From positions 1 to 64,000 of the IMG/VR virus record IMGVR_UViG_3300037358_000003: DNA of 64,000 nt. The stretch is one strand, 5' to 3'. A program made the position numbers and the translations under genes. Source of the DNA: a virus. Below the pieces are notes generated by a model that saw nothing but the letters and a program-made list of their open reading frames with translations, did not search any database and was not told the origin of the DNA. Shown piece by piece: positions 51,247 to 61,600 of the stretch. The stretch's first letter is position 1. Each line of letters opens with the position of its first letter.

Positions 51247-51293
51247 GCCACCACGGTTGGCGTATCGGGGATCGTTCCCCCGGCGTGGCACCA
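51247..51293 (+). other. tRNA-like minihelix (acceptor 3' strand + T-arm + ACCA)
   Basis: CGGGG-ATCGTTC-CCCCG-GCGTGGC-A-CCA, with upstream GCCAC pairing. Confidence 0.4.
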
Positions 51294-51619
51294 TGAGTGA
51301 AGACAACCCGCCAGTCAGCGACACGCTGGTCAACTTCTGCCAATGCGAACCAGACTCCCACTGGACGACTGGTTCAGATGGCGGTGATATGCGGACGGAT
51401 TGTCAATGTCGATGCCTTACCTGTCAGGAATTTTGACGAGATGACGAACATTGATCCTGACTACGTGATCCAATTGCAACGCGCAGCTTGGGTTGCTCGT
51501 GACTGTTTACGTTCGTACCTCAAATATGGGGATTGGGATGAGCACGCAGATTACGGAACGCAGGCCGCATTTGATGCCCTGTCTGACGCACTGATACCCG
51601 ATGACGAAAATGTAGAGAG

Positions 51620-51648
51620 TTGACAACCGTGTCGTGTGAGTATTAAAT
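51620..51648 (+). promoter_or_regulatory. Leaderless-type promoter
   Basis: TTGACA-17-TTAAAT-6-ATG(51655). Confidence 0.6.
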
Positions 51649-51917
51649 AGAGATATGACCAAAACGACCGCCACCCCAACATCGCACGACGATGAGTCTC
51701 CGTGTCAGCACTGCCAGTTTCCAGTTGAAGCTAACATGGGTCAGGCTGGTGGTCCGTTTCCTTACGTTCACTCCATGACGGGACAGGCGTTTTGCAAGGA
51801 CGAGCAGAAGTCCCTGAAAGATGCATTTCCTCCGAAGATTGAAGGCAGATCCCACGGAATGTCCGCCAGCGAGGTGCGGAAGGCCATTGCGACCAGCGAG
51901 CGCGCATACAGGAAAAT

Positions 51918-52286
51918 GTGATGAGTTGGGACGCGTGGCTGACAAAGGATTGCGGCATTCGTCCATGTGACGAACAATCTCACGTCTTAGGCGATTGGAA
52001 CTACACCCACAACACCAGCAAAATGATTTACGGGGTGTTGATGCAGACGAACGACTATGACACGACTCCCGGCCCGTGGTGGAATCTCCTGAATGGCATG
52101 AATGGTGCCGAAGGTGGACGCTATCTCGACACCATTATTCGTGGACTAGAGGCCGATCCGCAGAAGTTTGAGGCGTGGAATCCCGAGAACAAGTGGGGAA
52201 GTTACGATGGTTTGTTGGGCGTACTCAGAGAGATGCACAAGGCGTGCATCATCGAACAACCAACGATCTGGGGTGCCTGTGGATAA
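51918..52286 (+). CDS. Conserved phage hypothetical protein
   Basis: WNYTHN..NPENKWGSYDG. Confidence 0.65.
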   Translation: MMSWDAWLTKDCGIRPCDEQSHVLGDWNYTHNTSKMIYGVLMQTNDYDTTPGPWWNLLNGMNGAEGGRYLDTIIRGLEADPQKFEAWNPENKWGSYDGLLGVLREMHKACIIEQPTIWGACG

Positions 52287-53443
52287 CCCGCGGGAATATC
52301 AACCAATTACGACGCACCATCCAGTAGTGTGTGAATCTGGACTGACGTGGAGGGAACTGGCCTCACAGCCCAAAGACTTGCTAGTGGAAATGACTGACGA
52401 GCAAATCGAACAGATCAGGGAGCGGATGGCCGAGAACGCACCGTGTCGGTACGACCGTGACCACGGAGGCCATTGGGTTCGCGACCAGCAGGGAACGAAC
52501 CGTTGGTGTGACGGGATACGTCCACAGGAGGGCCAGTGAGAATCGAATGGTGAATCCCGTGGCCTTACTGCGTGATATGCGACGACGGGGACTCTCCCTG
52601 GTGAGCAAGAACGGACATTTCCGAGGTAAGACCTACATCACATTGGGTGGAGAGAGATGGCAAGGTGTCCACTCTCCAGATCGGTGTAGTGGCGACGTTT
52701 GTGTTATCCACAATCCGAGCCAGCACCACATGCGTCAGTGGCCCATGCACCTGCGGGATACTGGGTTAATTGAGCGGATTTGCGAACATGGAGTGGGCCA
52801 TCCGGACCCCGACAGTTGGCCGTTCTTCGATAGAATGTACGGTCATGAACCCGGCACATGGTCGATTCATGGATGTTGCGGTTGCTGTCGTGCCGACTGA
52901 TGATCCAACCACAGAGGCGATCAACAGAGTTGTGAAGCTGAACGTACTCTGGCACGAGGGTCGTATTCAGGCGAGCGACTATATCGGCTTGATTGATCTC
53001 ATCCATACGTGGTGGCGAAAGAGTCTGCGTGACTGACGAACCTGAGTCGTGTCCGGACTGCGGGCATCCGATGCAGGATGACGATGGCTGTTCATGGCCA
53101 TACTGTCCCGATTGCATCGAGGGTGAGTACCCGTGGTGAGTGGTGAGGATATCATCAACGAGTGGTTCTTGTACGCCATGACTGGCGACAAGGATGCGAC
53201 CGTGACGATCTTATTGAAACAACTGCGAGGATCTATGCCAACTGACGATTCCAATCTTGCGCGTGTACTGCGAGCGTTACTGTCTGCTGGTGACGTGACG
53301 ATTGAAGCTGTCGAAGCTGGCGGATTGGGTAATCGGCGCACAGGCTACAGACTGACCGTGAACTCATCGGTCGTCGTGGACGCTCAACATATTCAGGCCA
53401 TCAAGCACTATGGAATAGTGGAGGGTATGTAACGGATCACCCT

Positions 53444-53590
53444 TGGGCTTGAAAATCGCCCAGCATCTGACTGACGCCCCGAGCGTCACGGATCTGTCTA
53501 GTCGGGTAGACAGAGACCAGTCAGAGAGCGACGGAGGCGGTTAGTCCACCAAACTAATCAGAGAGACGTTCGACCAAGAGCGTCCGTCCG
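53444..53590 (+). ncRNA. Structured leader with three-way junction and kissing loops
   Basis: TCTGACT/AGTCAGA closes GACGC-CCCGA-GCGTC and TCTGTCTA-GTCGGG-TAGACAGA. Confidence 0.5.
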
Positions 53591-53601
53591 AAAGGGGAGG
53601 C

Positions 53602-54078
53602 GTGAATATCCGCGCTCTAATCGTAGCCGCTGCAATGGCTGTTTCCGTTATCTTCGTATCGTCTATATTGTCTAGTCCACTAGACAAGATCCACAAAGCA
53701 CCAATGGCACTCGTCAGAGAGGCTGACCTAGCGGATATCGTACCCACTACATTGGCGTCTACGCTCGATCCTCGCCGTAATGCGGGAATACAACAAAGCA
53801 GGAGTACCGTGACGCCTACGACGACCCTGGCGCCCTCTGACGCCACCTCAGTTGATACGTCAGACTGGGCGTGTATCCGATTCAATGAGTCCAGGGACAA
53901 CTATGGCGAACAGGGTGGCGGTGCGTATCAGTTTGAAGACGGTACGTGGCAGACCATCACTGGCCTACCTGGCTCGGCGGAGGACTATTCGCCAGCGATA
54001 CAGGATGCCGCTGCGCTGAAGCTCTACGCTGAACGTGGGTGGGAGCCGTGGACGACTAGATACGTGTGCGGGCTGTAA
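53602..54078 (+). CDS. Rpf-like secreted lytic transglycosylase
   Basis: Signal/TM segment; DWACIRFNES..GAYQF..TW..QDAAA..GWEPW. Confidence 0.85.
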   Translation: MNIRALIVAAAMAVSVIFVSSILSSPLDKIHKAPMALVREADLADIVPTTLASTLDPRRNAGIQQSRSTVTPTTTLAPSDATSVDTSDWACIRFNESRDNYGEQGGGAYQFEDGTWQTITGLPGSAEDYSPAIQDAAALKLYAERGWEPWTTRYVCGL

Positions 54079-54081
54079 CTC

Positions 54082-54110
54082 TTGACATTTTCGCCCCATT
54101 CCTATTTAAT
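54082..54110 (+). promoter_or_regulatory. Leaderless-type promoter
   Basis: TTGACA-17-TTTAAT-6-ATG(54117). Confidence 0.6.
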
Positions 54111-55425
54111 GGACTGATGATGAATCAGTCCCGCGCAGGGATACTCATGGTGGACCCTGGAAGTGATGATGCCAGGCGATGCCGTGACGAGATATTGGTG
54201 CTGACACTGCGGCTGCAAAACGAAAGGAACCCAGCTACAGCTGTCATTCTTGGTGCGGCGATTGATTCCCTGTTCGATGATTACTTCGGGGAGATGATGT
54301 GTTCGTAATGCTCGCTACAGCCTACTACTCAGACACGTTCGACAACTACCTTCGTGGCGTCGTTCTTTGTCTGGCAATCATTGCACTTGGTGTAGCCATT
54401 GTTGTGTTCGTGCGACTCAAATACCGCAGGGACAACAGACCGCCGTTTAAGCAGCCGTCACACGTTGCGTCCGTCAAGATGCCATACGATCAGGACTTCG
54501 GCCATAGTGTGCTGGACTGGGATCATGTTCCCGTCGAGTGGTACGCACAACACGCCAAGAGCGAGTCGTGAGCGCATTAGAGATTACCGCAAGAGCGCTG
54601 TACGCGTGGGATCTGCGACGATACGCAGGAATTGATGTGCCCGACTTTTCCTTACTCAATGACGGCGGTAAGGAGCAATATCGCGAGCAGGCATCAGCAG
54701 TGTTGGACGCCATTCATTTTGAGAACGTGCTGCGTGGAGCGCAGGAGTTGCTGGACTCAATGGACGTACTTGATGAAATGGGGATTCTGTGAGCTATTAC
54801 CCAGCCGGATCAGACACGAAAATGGCGCCGTGGAATGAAGAACAATCGGAGTCGCTGCAAGACGTGTACTGCGATACGTGCGATCTGACGTGGCCCGATA
54901 TGGAGATAACGTGGTCAAATCAGAGCGACTATGGCTACACTGATTGCCCGGGCTGCGGGACTGAACTTGAGATAAAACCGCTGGAAAGGGACGAGGGCTG
55001 GTGAGCAAGTTGCGGTGGTTGCGACTCAAGATATTCGGCATCCCGCGCGCTGACGTGAGGCGCGTGCGCGAGACGTTAAAGAAGCGTGACCCTGTTGCGA
55101 TCTTGATCGACCTGGAGCCAGTCGTGCAAGATGCCGTCACATTCAGGGTACACGACGTAACTGCGCCCATTGAGGAGTCGCCGGAGATGGTACGGTGGAA
55201 CGAGTACGCCATTCGCAAGGAGATACGAGCGGAGATTGTGCGACAGTTGGTGCCCGTGGTGATTGAAGTGTTGGAATGGTGACGTAGTGGTCATGCTTGG
55301 TACCAGTGATCAGTGTTGGGCTGCACTTGAGTCCGAGAAGAGTTTGATGTGTGGTGCGCCTGTCGTGAATGATCTTGGTTTGTGTCAGCGTCATTTGGAT
55401 GAGATGGCTGCGGACGCAACAATGC

Positions 55426-55455
55426 CCGGTCCCCAACAAGAGAGTCAGGGACCGG
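55426..55455. terminator. Hairpin where the + and - transcription units converge
   Basis: CCGGTCCC/GGGACCGG stem; no clear U-tract. Confidence 0.3.
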
Positions 55456-55484
55456 GCTAATCGCTTGTCTTTGATGCGTGTGTG

Positions 55485-55700
55485 TTACTTGGTGAAAACG
55501 GCCTTCAGCTTGGCGCTGGCGTAGGGTTGAATTGCCTTAACGATGGCTGTGACAATGGCACTGGCACCGATGATCCAACCAATGTAAGGTGCGCCGAGGT
55601 GGACCGACGTAGCAACGTTCAGGACAACGGCCAAAACCGCTGACACGGAAACCGCCACGATCAGTACGTCCGTCAGTAGTGTTTTCAGGTTGATCTTCAT
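55485..55700 (-). CDS. Holin-like two-TM protein
   Basis: Two hydrophobic helices and a basic C-terminus; last gene of the late operon. Confidence 0.5.
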   Translation of the reverse strand: MKINLKTLLTDVLIVAVSVSAVLAVVLNVATSVHLGAPYIGWIIGASAIVTAIVKAIQPYASAKLKAVFTK

Positions 55701-56083
55701 GCGCTTCCTTTACTTAGTAAATGACTGATGCACCTGGCGACATTCTCCGTAGCCAACTCGTTGAGTTTTGCATAGCGGTCCTGCTGCTTGGGTGACATCG
55801 ACAGCCATATGCTTGCGTTGAGACAGTGTACGAGTTCATGCACTGCTGCCAATTGGAGATCAGCATCAGTCATGGTGGCTGCTTGAACAAGGCTCCACTT
55901 GAAGGATGCTTGGCGATATTCCCAGTCGCAAACGGTGGTGCATATCACGCGATCTTCGGTGCCAGTGTCGAACGCATTCGTGACCTTGAGCCAACCAATG
56001 TCCATCTGCTCGACTAGACGATCCATTAGGTCGCGTATGCGCTGCTCGATTTCGTCCTGGTCGCGAATATGTGACTTGCTCAT
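55697..56083 (-). CDS. HExxH metallopeptidase-like protein
   Basis: VHELVH..E. Confidence 0.65.
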   Translation of the reverse strand: MSKSHIRDQDEIEQRIRDLMDRLVEQMDIGWLKVTNAFDTGTEDRVICTTVCDWEYRQASFKWSLVQAATMTDADLQLAAVHELVHCLNASIWLSMSPKQQDRYAKLNELATENVARCISHLLSKGSA

Positions 56084-56919
56084 GCGTCTTTCATGAATCT
56101 GCTAACTGGTGCGCCAGCGTACCTGCGCGCAAGGAAGTCTAGCGATACTTCCATGAGATCAAAGTTGCCTGCACGCACCTCATGGAACACGAGGATGCCA
56201 CGCCATTCATCCGTCGCCTGTGGACCGCGATAGTCCTCGTTGTGCAAGTAACAACTCCCAGCGATGATCGCACGTTGACGACCACCCGCTACGGATCTTT
56301 GTGCTGATTGCAAACCCTGCTGATGGCCTTGAACGAAGGTATGGCCCACGGACTTCAAACGAGTCTCAGCCATGCCCGAATACGCACGCCCAGTGTTCGG
56401 CTGATAGAAGTAGTGACTATATGCTACGCCATCAAGCCACAGAATATTGAGGAAATCGTGAACTTGCCAGCCGTGTTGCTTGTAGTTCAAATGATCCAAA
56501 CTCAAGATGCCGTCTAGTTTCGGTTCATCCTCAATGGCGCGGGTGATGCGGTTCTCGTGATTGCCGATCAGTATGTGTCGCTCCGGCCACCACTGACGCT
56601 CCTTGTTTTTGCGACGCTTTTCGTTGAACTCAATCAGGGGAGCATTCAATTTGTCAAATGCTTTGTTAGCAGCCTCAAGGTCGGCAAGATAACGCTTGCC
56701 CTCCATCGTCTTGCTGCCCTTTTTGTCGTAGCTGCTCAAGCTGGACATGTCAGCGTGATCGCCTAAATGGATGATGCGAACGTTGTTGTCGTCGTGCCAA
56801 CGGTCTACGATATACTGACCGATCCAGTCAAAGTGTTTGGTCGGCGTTCCGACAGCCACCTGAGTGTCTGGGATGACAACGTGAGTTACGCTACCCTGAT
56901 CTGCCAATGGGACTCCCAT
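56080..56919 (-). CDS. Calcineurin-like metallophosphoesterase
   Basis: IPDTQ, LGDHAD, GNHE, YSHY, QGHQQ. Confidence 0.88.
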   Translation of the reverse strand: MGVPLADQGSVTHVVIPDTQVAVGTPTKHFDWIGQYIVDRWHDDNNVRIIHLGDHADMSSLSSYDKKGSKTMEGKRYLADLEAANKAFDKLNAPLIEFNEKRRKNKERQWWPERHILIGNHENRITRAIEDEPKLDGILSLDHLNYKQHGWQVHDFLNILWLDGVAYSHYFYQPNTGRAYSGMAETRLKSVGHTFVQGHQQGLQSAQRSVAGGRQRAIIAGSCYLHNEDYRGPQATDEWRGILVFHEVRAGNFDLMEVSLDFLARRYAGAPVSRFMKDA

Positions 56920-57002
56920 CGCTCATAAATACACGCTTGTAGTTCACACTAGCAAGTGCTATGATGCAGCGCAACCTTTGGATTTGACGAGAGGATCATT
57001 TA

Positions 57003-58076
57003 ATGCTAGGCGGACATGCTCACCAAGGACAGAAGCGCATTCTGCTTGCAATCGTCATTGCAGGCGCTCTCGCAATAGCAGGTGTCGTCGCACTCACCAT
57101 AGGCTACGGAGTACCGCCTAAAATGCCCCGTACCGTCACGACTTCCACGATGGCTACCACAACTCTGCCAACGTCTATTTCTGCGCCCACAACGACGACT
57201 GGCACGAGCGAAAGCCAGCCTATTACGACGAGCCAATCAGGTCACGTCAACGCGTCAAAAGTGACAGAAACGACGGTCCCGAGAACACCAGCCACGGTGA
57301 CGAAAACCGCAGTGAGCGTGACGCCCGCACCACCGCCCGTTCTCTCGGCACCGACCACGACGACGGTGTCGAACGCACCCGTCATCACTTACAGCGCCTA
57401 CGTCGATCCAAGGTACACGCAAAGTGCGACGAACCCACTTGCGGCAACGTTTAGTTACAGTGCTGGAGCGTCAACTAGCGACAATGGTGTCAACGTTGAA
57501 CTCGCATCATTGCCAAGTGGCACGTTGAGTCTGATGAGTGATGGGAGCGTTGAGTGCACCATGAATGTCGGCGTGCAGGTGAGTGGCAGCAGTTGCCCCG
57601 TGACGTACGCTACGTTTGGATCGTATGTCATTACGGCGGAGTACACCGAGGAGTCCAACGTGTATACAAGTGCGACGGACACTGACGCTATCGCTCCGTA
57701 CTCGACTACCACTGTTGCGGTCATCAAAGGCGGCGGCTCAGAGGGCGGATTGTTGTTCGACGCCGACGTGACCGATAGCAACGGCAACGCTGTCACGACA
57801 GGCACGGTATCCATGACTGTTACAGATGTAACGCAAGGATGGTCGTATGTCGTGACTGGCGCTCAGGGAATGGATGGAGCCGACCAGACTGCGTTCAGTT
57901 GCATCTTTATCGAGAACTACCCGAAGGTCGGTGATTATAGTGGCTGCGGCCTACAGGGACAGATTCAAGTCACGCCGGGAACGGGCGATGAACTCACGCT
58001 TGTTGCGACGTACGTCGGAACTGTGGATTGGACCGGATCAGCGTCGTCAACCACCACGTACACGATGCCATCATAG
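57003..58076 (+). CDS. Membrane-anchored T/S/P-linker protein with Ig-like domains (moron-like)
   Basis: N-terminal TM, Thr-rich linker, beta-rich domains; antisense to the tail operon. Confidence 0.7.
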   Translation: MLGGHAHQGQKRILLAIVIAGALAIAGVVALTIGYGVPPKMPRTVTTSTMATTTLPTSISAPTTTTGTSESQPITTSQSGHVNASKVTETTVPRTPATVTKTAVSVTPAPPPVLSAPTTTTVSNAPVITYSAYVDPRYTQSATNPLAATFSYSAGASTSDNGVNVELASLPSGTLSLMSDGSVECTMNVGVQVSGSSCPVTYATFGSYVITAEYTEESNVYTSATDTDAIAPYSTTTVAVIKGGGSEGGLLFDADVTDSNGNAVTTGTVSMTVTDVTQGWSYVVTGAQGMDGADQTAFSCIFIENYPKVGDYSGCGLQGQIQVTPGTGDELTLVATYVGTVDWTGSASSTTTYTMPS

Positions 58077-58078
58077 CA

Positions 58079-58597
58079 TCACTGCGAACCGACGAAGAAC
58101 ACGTGCAGGAACGTGGAGTAAGCATTGTTCTGCGTGGACAGTGTGGCAGACGCTCCCTGGACGGCGACGAGGCCCAACGTATCGCTCGCGGAACATGCCA
58201 CCAACCCGCCGCCGGATGAACCGGGAAATGTGGTTGCGGTTGGTACGGTGGACCCCTGGATCACGACACTACCGTTGTGATATACGGAGCAGTTCATGTC
58301 GTTAGCGCCGGGGCTGCCGGAACCGCCAACTTGGACCGCAAACTGAACAGAGTAGACGCCTGTGAGTGGGACGATCACATTGTTGCTGGACACGGAAAAG
58401 CCGTAACCGTCAGCGGTGATGCCGCCAAGGGAGATTTGTGTTGGCGTGCCGTCTGTGAGTGAGGTACTGACTGAGTTGTATGCGAGAATATACGGCACTT
58501 GATAGAGAAAGGTCTCATTGTTGGCTACGCCATTCCAGTCCGTTACCGAGAGCACGTCTCCCGAAACATGAGTTACCGGGGATGTCCATGATGCCAT
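58079..58597 (-). CDS. Minor tail protein (C1q/TNF-like C-terminus)
   Basis: MASWTSPVTHVSGDVLS..WN..NETFL; VPLTGVY. Confidence 0.7.
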   Translation of the reverse strand: MASWTSPVTHVSGDVLSVTDWNGVANNETFLYQVPYILAYNSVSTSLTDGTPTQISLGGITADGYGFSVSSNNVIVPLTGVYSVQFAVQVGGSGSPGANDMNCSVYHNGSVVIQGSTVPTATTFPGSSGGGLVACSASDTLGLVAVQGASATLSTQNNAYSTFLHVFFVGSQ

Positions 58598-58606
58598 TTT
58601 TTTCTC

Positions 58607-61600
58607 CTAAAGTGTAAGTACCGCTTCAGACGCTGATTCGCCAAAGCGCCAAGTTCCTAATATCGTCGGCTCCAGCAATATCTCATACGGCGATAATGAA
58701 AAAACGGTTGTCCATGTAGGACCACTCATGTCCACAGTGTGTTGAATCTGTTCCACTAGGGCATCTTGCGCGAACACGCTCCCTGGCGTTTGCCCCTGAT
58801 ACTGCACCGTGAGCCGATCATACAATCCCCGCTGTAACATCTGCGAAATGTTATTGCCACTGTTACCCTGAGAATTCAGAGTCAGTTGTGTGACGCGCTG
58901 GATCGGAACGCCATACCAGTTGAAGTAATTTTGCGCAATAGAGAGCGCATCAGAATTATATGCCATCTGCAAACTCGTAAGTCCCTGAAGTGTCCTACCC
59001 CCATAGACCGAGGCCGACTGCGCCGCAGCCGCAGACTGCGCTGGTCCCCATTCTTGTAACACACCAATCTCAACTTGCCCAGTTGTCGCAGTCGCCGGAA
59101 TCCCGCTTTGTACCTCTATGTCGTTCCACGTGTCCAAGTCATCACTCGTAATCTGCAATGACGGCCCATCAAAACGATACGCCGCAGCACTCGTATCACC
59201 AAAGATGCCCTGACTCACGATGCTCGTCGGATTGAGGTACTGATACTGGCGACTGTACGCGTTGATCATCCCGTTTGGCGCCTGAAAGATCAGCCCCGGC
59301 TCACTCTCTGTTTGCGTTTGTAGATAGTTCAACGCTGACGTTGTAGTGACCGCATCTTGTTCGGCGTACAGGAGCGTCCTGAATTGATAGGGCACATTCA
59401 AAATGGTGGACGGATTAAGTTTGGCAACTTGCAGCACCTTGTTGAAACGGCCAGCCAACGGACCGCCAACAGACGCACCGAACTCCTGAGTCTGGAACCA
59501 TGTGAAAGTGTGATAGTCGCTTATGATCTGCGTCCCAGTCATCAGCGTGTCGTACAGTGCCACCTCGTCTATGACGCCAGGAAATCCATTGGTCTCCTCT
59601 GCTTGCAGCAGCGACTCAACCGCACCACCCGTCAACACGCCATCGGCCGCTGGCTGACCAAACTTCCACGTTCCCAATATCGTCGGCACAAGAGATTCCG
59701 CTGACGTGGTAGCCGACTCAATGCCGATTTGAATACCGTACGGACTGGACCCAGTGAGCGTAACGAACGCGCCAAGGTTCAGCTCCACGCCATCGACCAC
59801 CGGCACCACCGCATTGAGGCTATCGTCGTACACAACTACGAGATGGTGCCACCCTCCGTCCATGAGAACAGTGTTGGGGACGATGGCGCTGAAGTTGGAG
59901 AAACAGAGCCATTGGATTGCACCATCGGTCGTAATCGCTCCAATGGTGGTATTCCACACTGGTTGTGAGCTTCCCGACGATCCTGTCGTCACGTCCATAT
60001 AGAACAAGAAGCCACTGGCACCAGAGGGGCAAATAAGGGTGCCTGTCGAGTACGACGTGCTGGCTTCCCATCCATTTCCACACCATCCAGGCGAAAGAAT
60101 GAACGCATCGTTGAATGTGTTGACAGCCGAAACACTGGCACCAGATGGATTGGCTACAGAGACGAGTCCCTGACCAACCTGAATGGCGATCTGTTCACCG
60201 CTGGCAGCGGTGGCATAAAAGACGGTGCCCACGCCACCATCGGTCACCGCGGCAGTTTGTGTCCATTTCAGCAGACACTCAAAGCTCCAGTTGGTGGCCG
60301 ACTGTAGTGGGTTATGAATCGTGGGCGGTTGCGTCGTGTTGTCAATTGTGCAAAACCCACCGTTAGGGCCGTTCGTGCCATTCGTGCAGTCGAGTGCGGT
60401 GTTCGGATCGTACAACATCGCACCCGCGCTACCGTAAGCTGGCGTGCCCGAGATGCCCGATATCAGACTCCCGGTATACCCGTTACCAGACGAATCCAAT
60501 GTCGTGTAAGTAGCGGGCTGATCGCCAAGACGATAGTACGCTACTGGACCATTCGATAGCACCGACTGCGCGTAGTTATTGTTCGCTAGATATTGCAGCG
60601 ACAACATTTGGAAGATGTCCACGCAGGTGATCTCGGCGTCAACGTTCAACGCGTCCGTGATCTGTGGCACAACTGCTTGAATGTACCCGTAGTATTGCGG
60701 CGACGTAACGCCATCCCACGCAGCCGTGACTTTTACTGGATTCATCGGCTTGAGTCCGAGTCCGTTATTGTAAAGATAACTAGACGTGTTCCATGTATTA
60801 AATGAGCCGTCACGGTTGTTGGCAATAATCTGAGCGCTGGCAGCTTGCACGCGGTCAAGTTCGTGCTGGCGACCGAGCGGGCCGAGCGTCATGCTGCGCA
60901 TGTAGCTAGACGCGTTCGTCCACACGCCAGTGCCCTCTAGTGGCGCAAGGAAGTTGTTGGTCGTGCTGATCTCAACGAGCGTTTCGGGGAACTGAAACTC
61001 TGGGTTGAGTCCAGCAACGCCCGCAACGAAACATGCCTCAACCGCCGCCCACGCTTGCGATGACCCCATTCCCCAATCCATCGCAGAGGCAACAGAACCG
61101 CTAAGAACAGAATACGCTGCGACGGTATTAGCCCCAGGCATTGGCAGCGCAGTAAAGCCGCCTGTTGGTAAACCAATGGTCACTGAGTCCGTAGTGCCAA
61201 CGGATATGACCAAATCACGGTCCGCTCGTGGCTGTACGGTTTGCGGAATAATCGACTCGGACGTTCCGAAGTTTTGACTCCACTGATCTAGCGGATCGAC
61301 GTACCATAAGCCAGACCACTCGGTCACATTGATTGCAGCGTATGCAGCGGTGGCGCATGTGATCGTGACCGACGCGCTGCCTCCGCTAATTCCGCGTGCG
61401 GCCCATAGTTCACAGCCGACAATCATGTTAGACGGATACGAATATCCGATCTGAATCCAACGTGATCCGATGGAGTCGGTAATGGACTCTACCGGTACGG
61501 TTGTTGCGATAGCGACTGTGAGGAGATCACCCGCAGCGGTGGAAGATGATAGAGGAACAGTTACGGATGTGGTATCTCCCAACGCCCCATCTGTGGTCTG

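Larger units (their letters stand above)
26411..52314. repeat. Dispersed 26-bp palindromic junction site YG-N3-GAAW-N8-WTTM-N3-CR (~25 copies)
   Basis: Copies start at 26411(-), 28542 (N7), 29572, 30105, 31081 (split by IS), 34059, 35098, 35662, 36175, 36859, 37976, 38416, 39001, 40746, 41056, 41656, 41915, 42579, 43328, 43552, 43920, 45261, 48076, 50790, 52289. Degenerate copies at 29916, 34199, 49607. Confidence 0.9.

Noticed and set aside
26411-52314. Palindromic sites as CRISPR repeats or integron attC sites
   Set aside because: They are gene-spaced and internally variable, there are no cas genes, and there are no RYYYAAC/GTTRRRY boxes or long attC hairpins.
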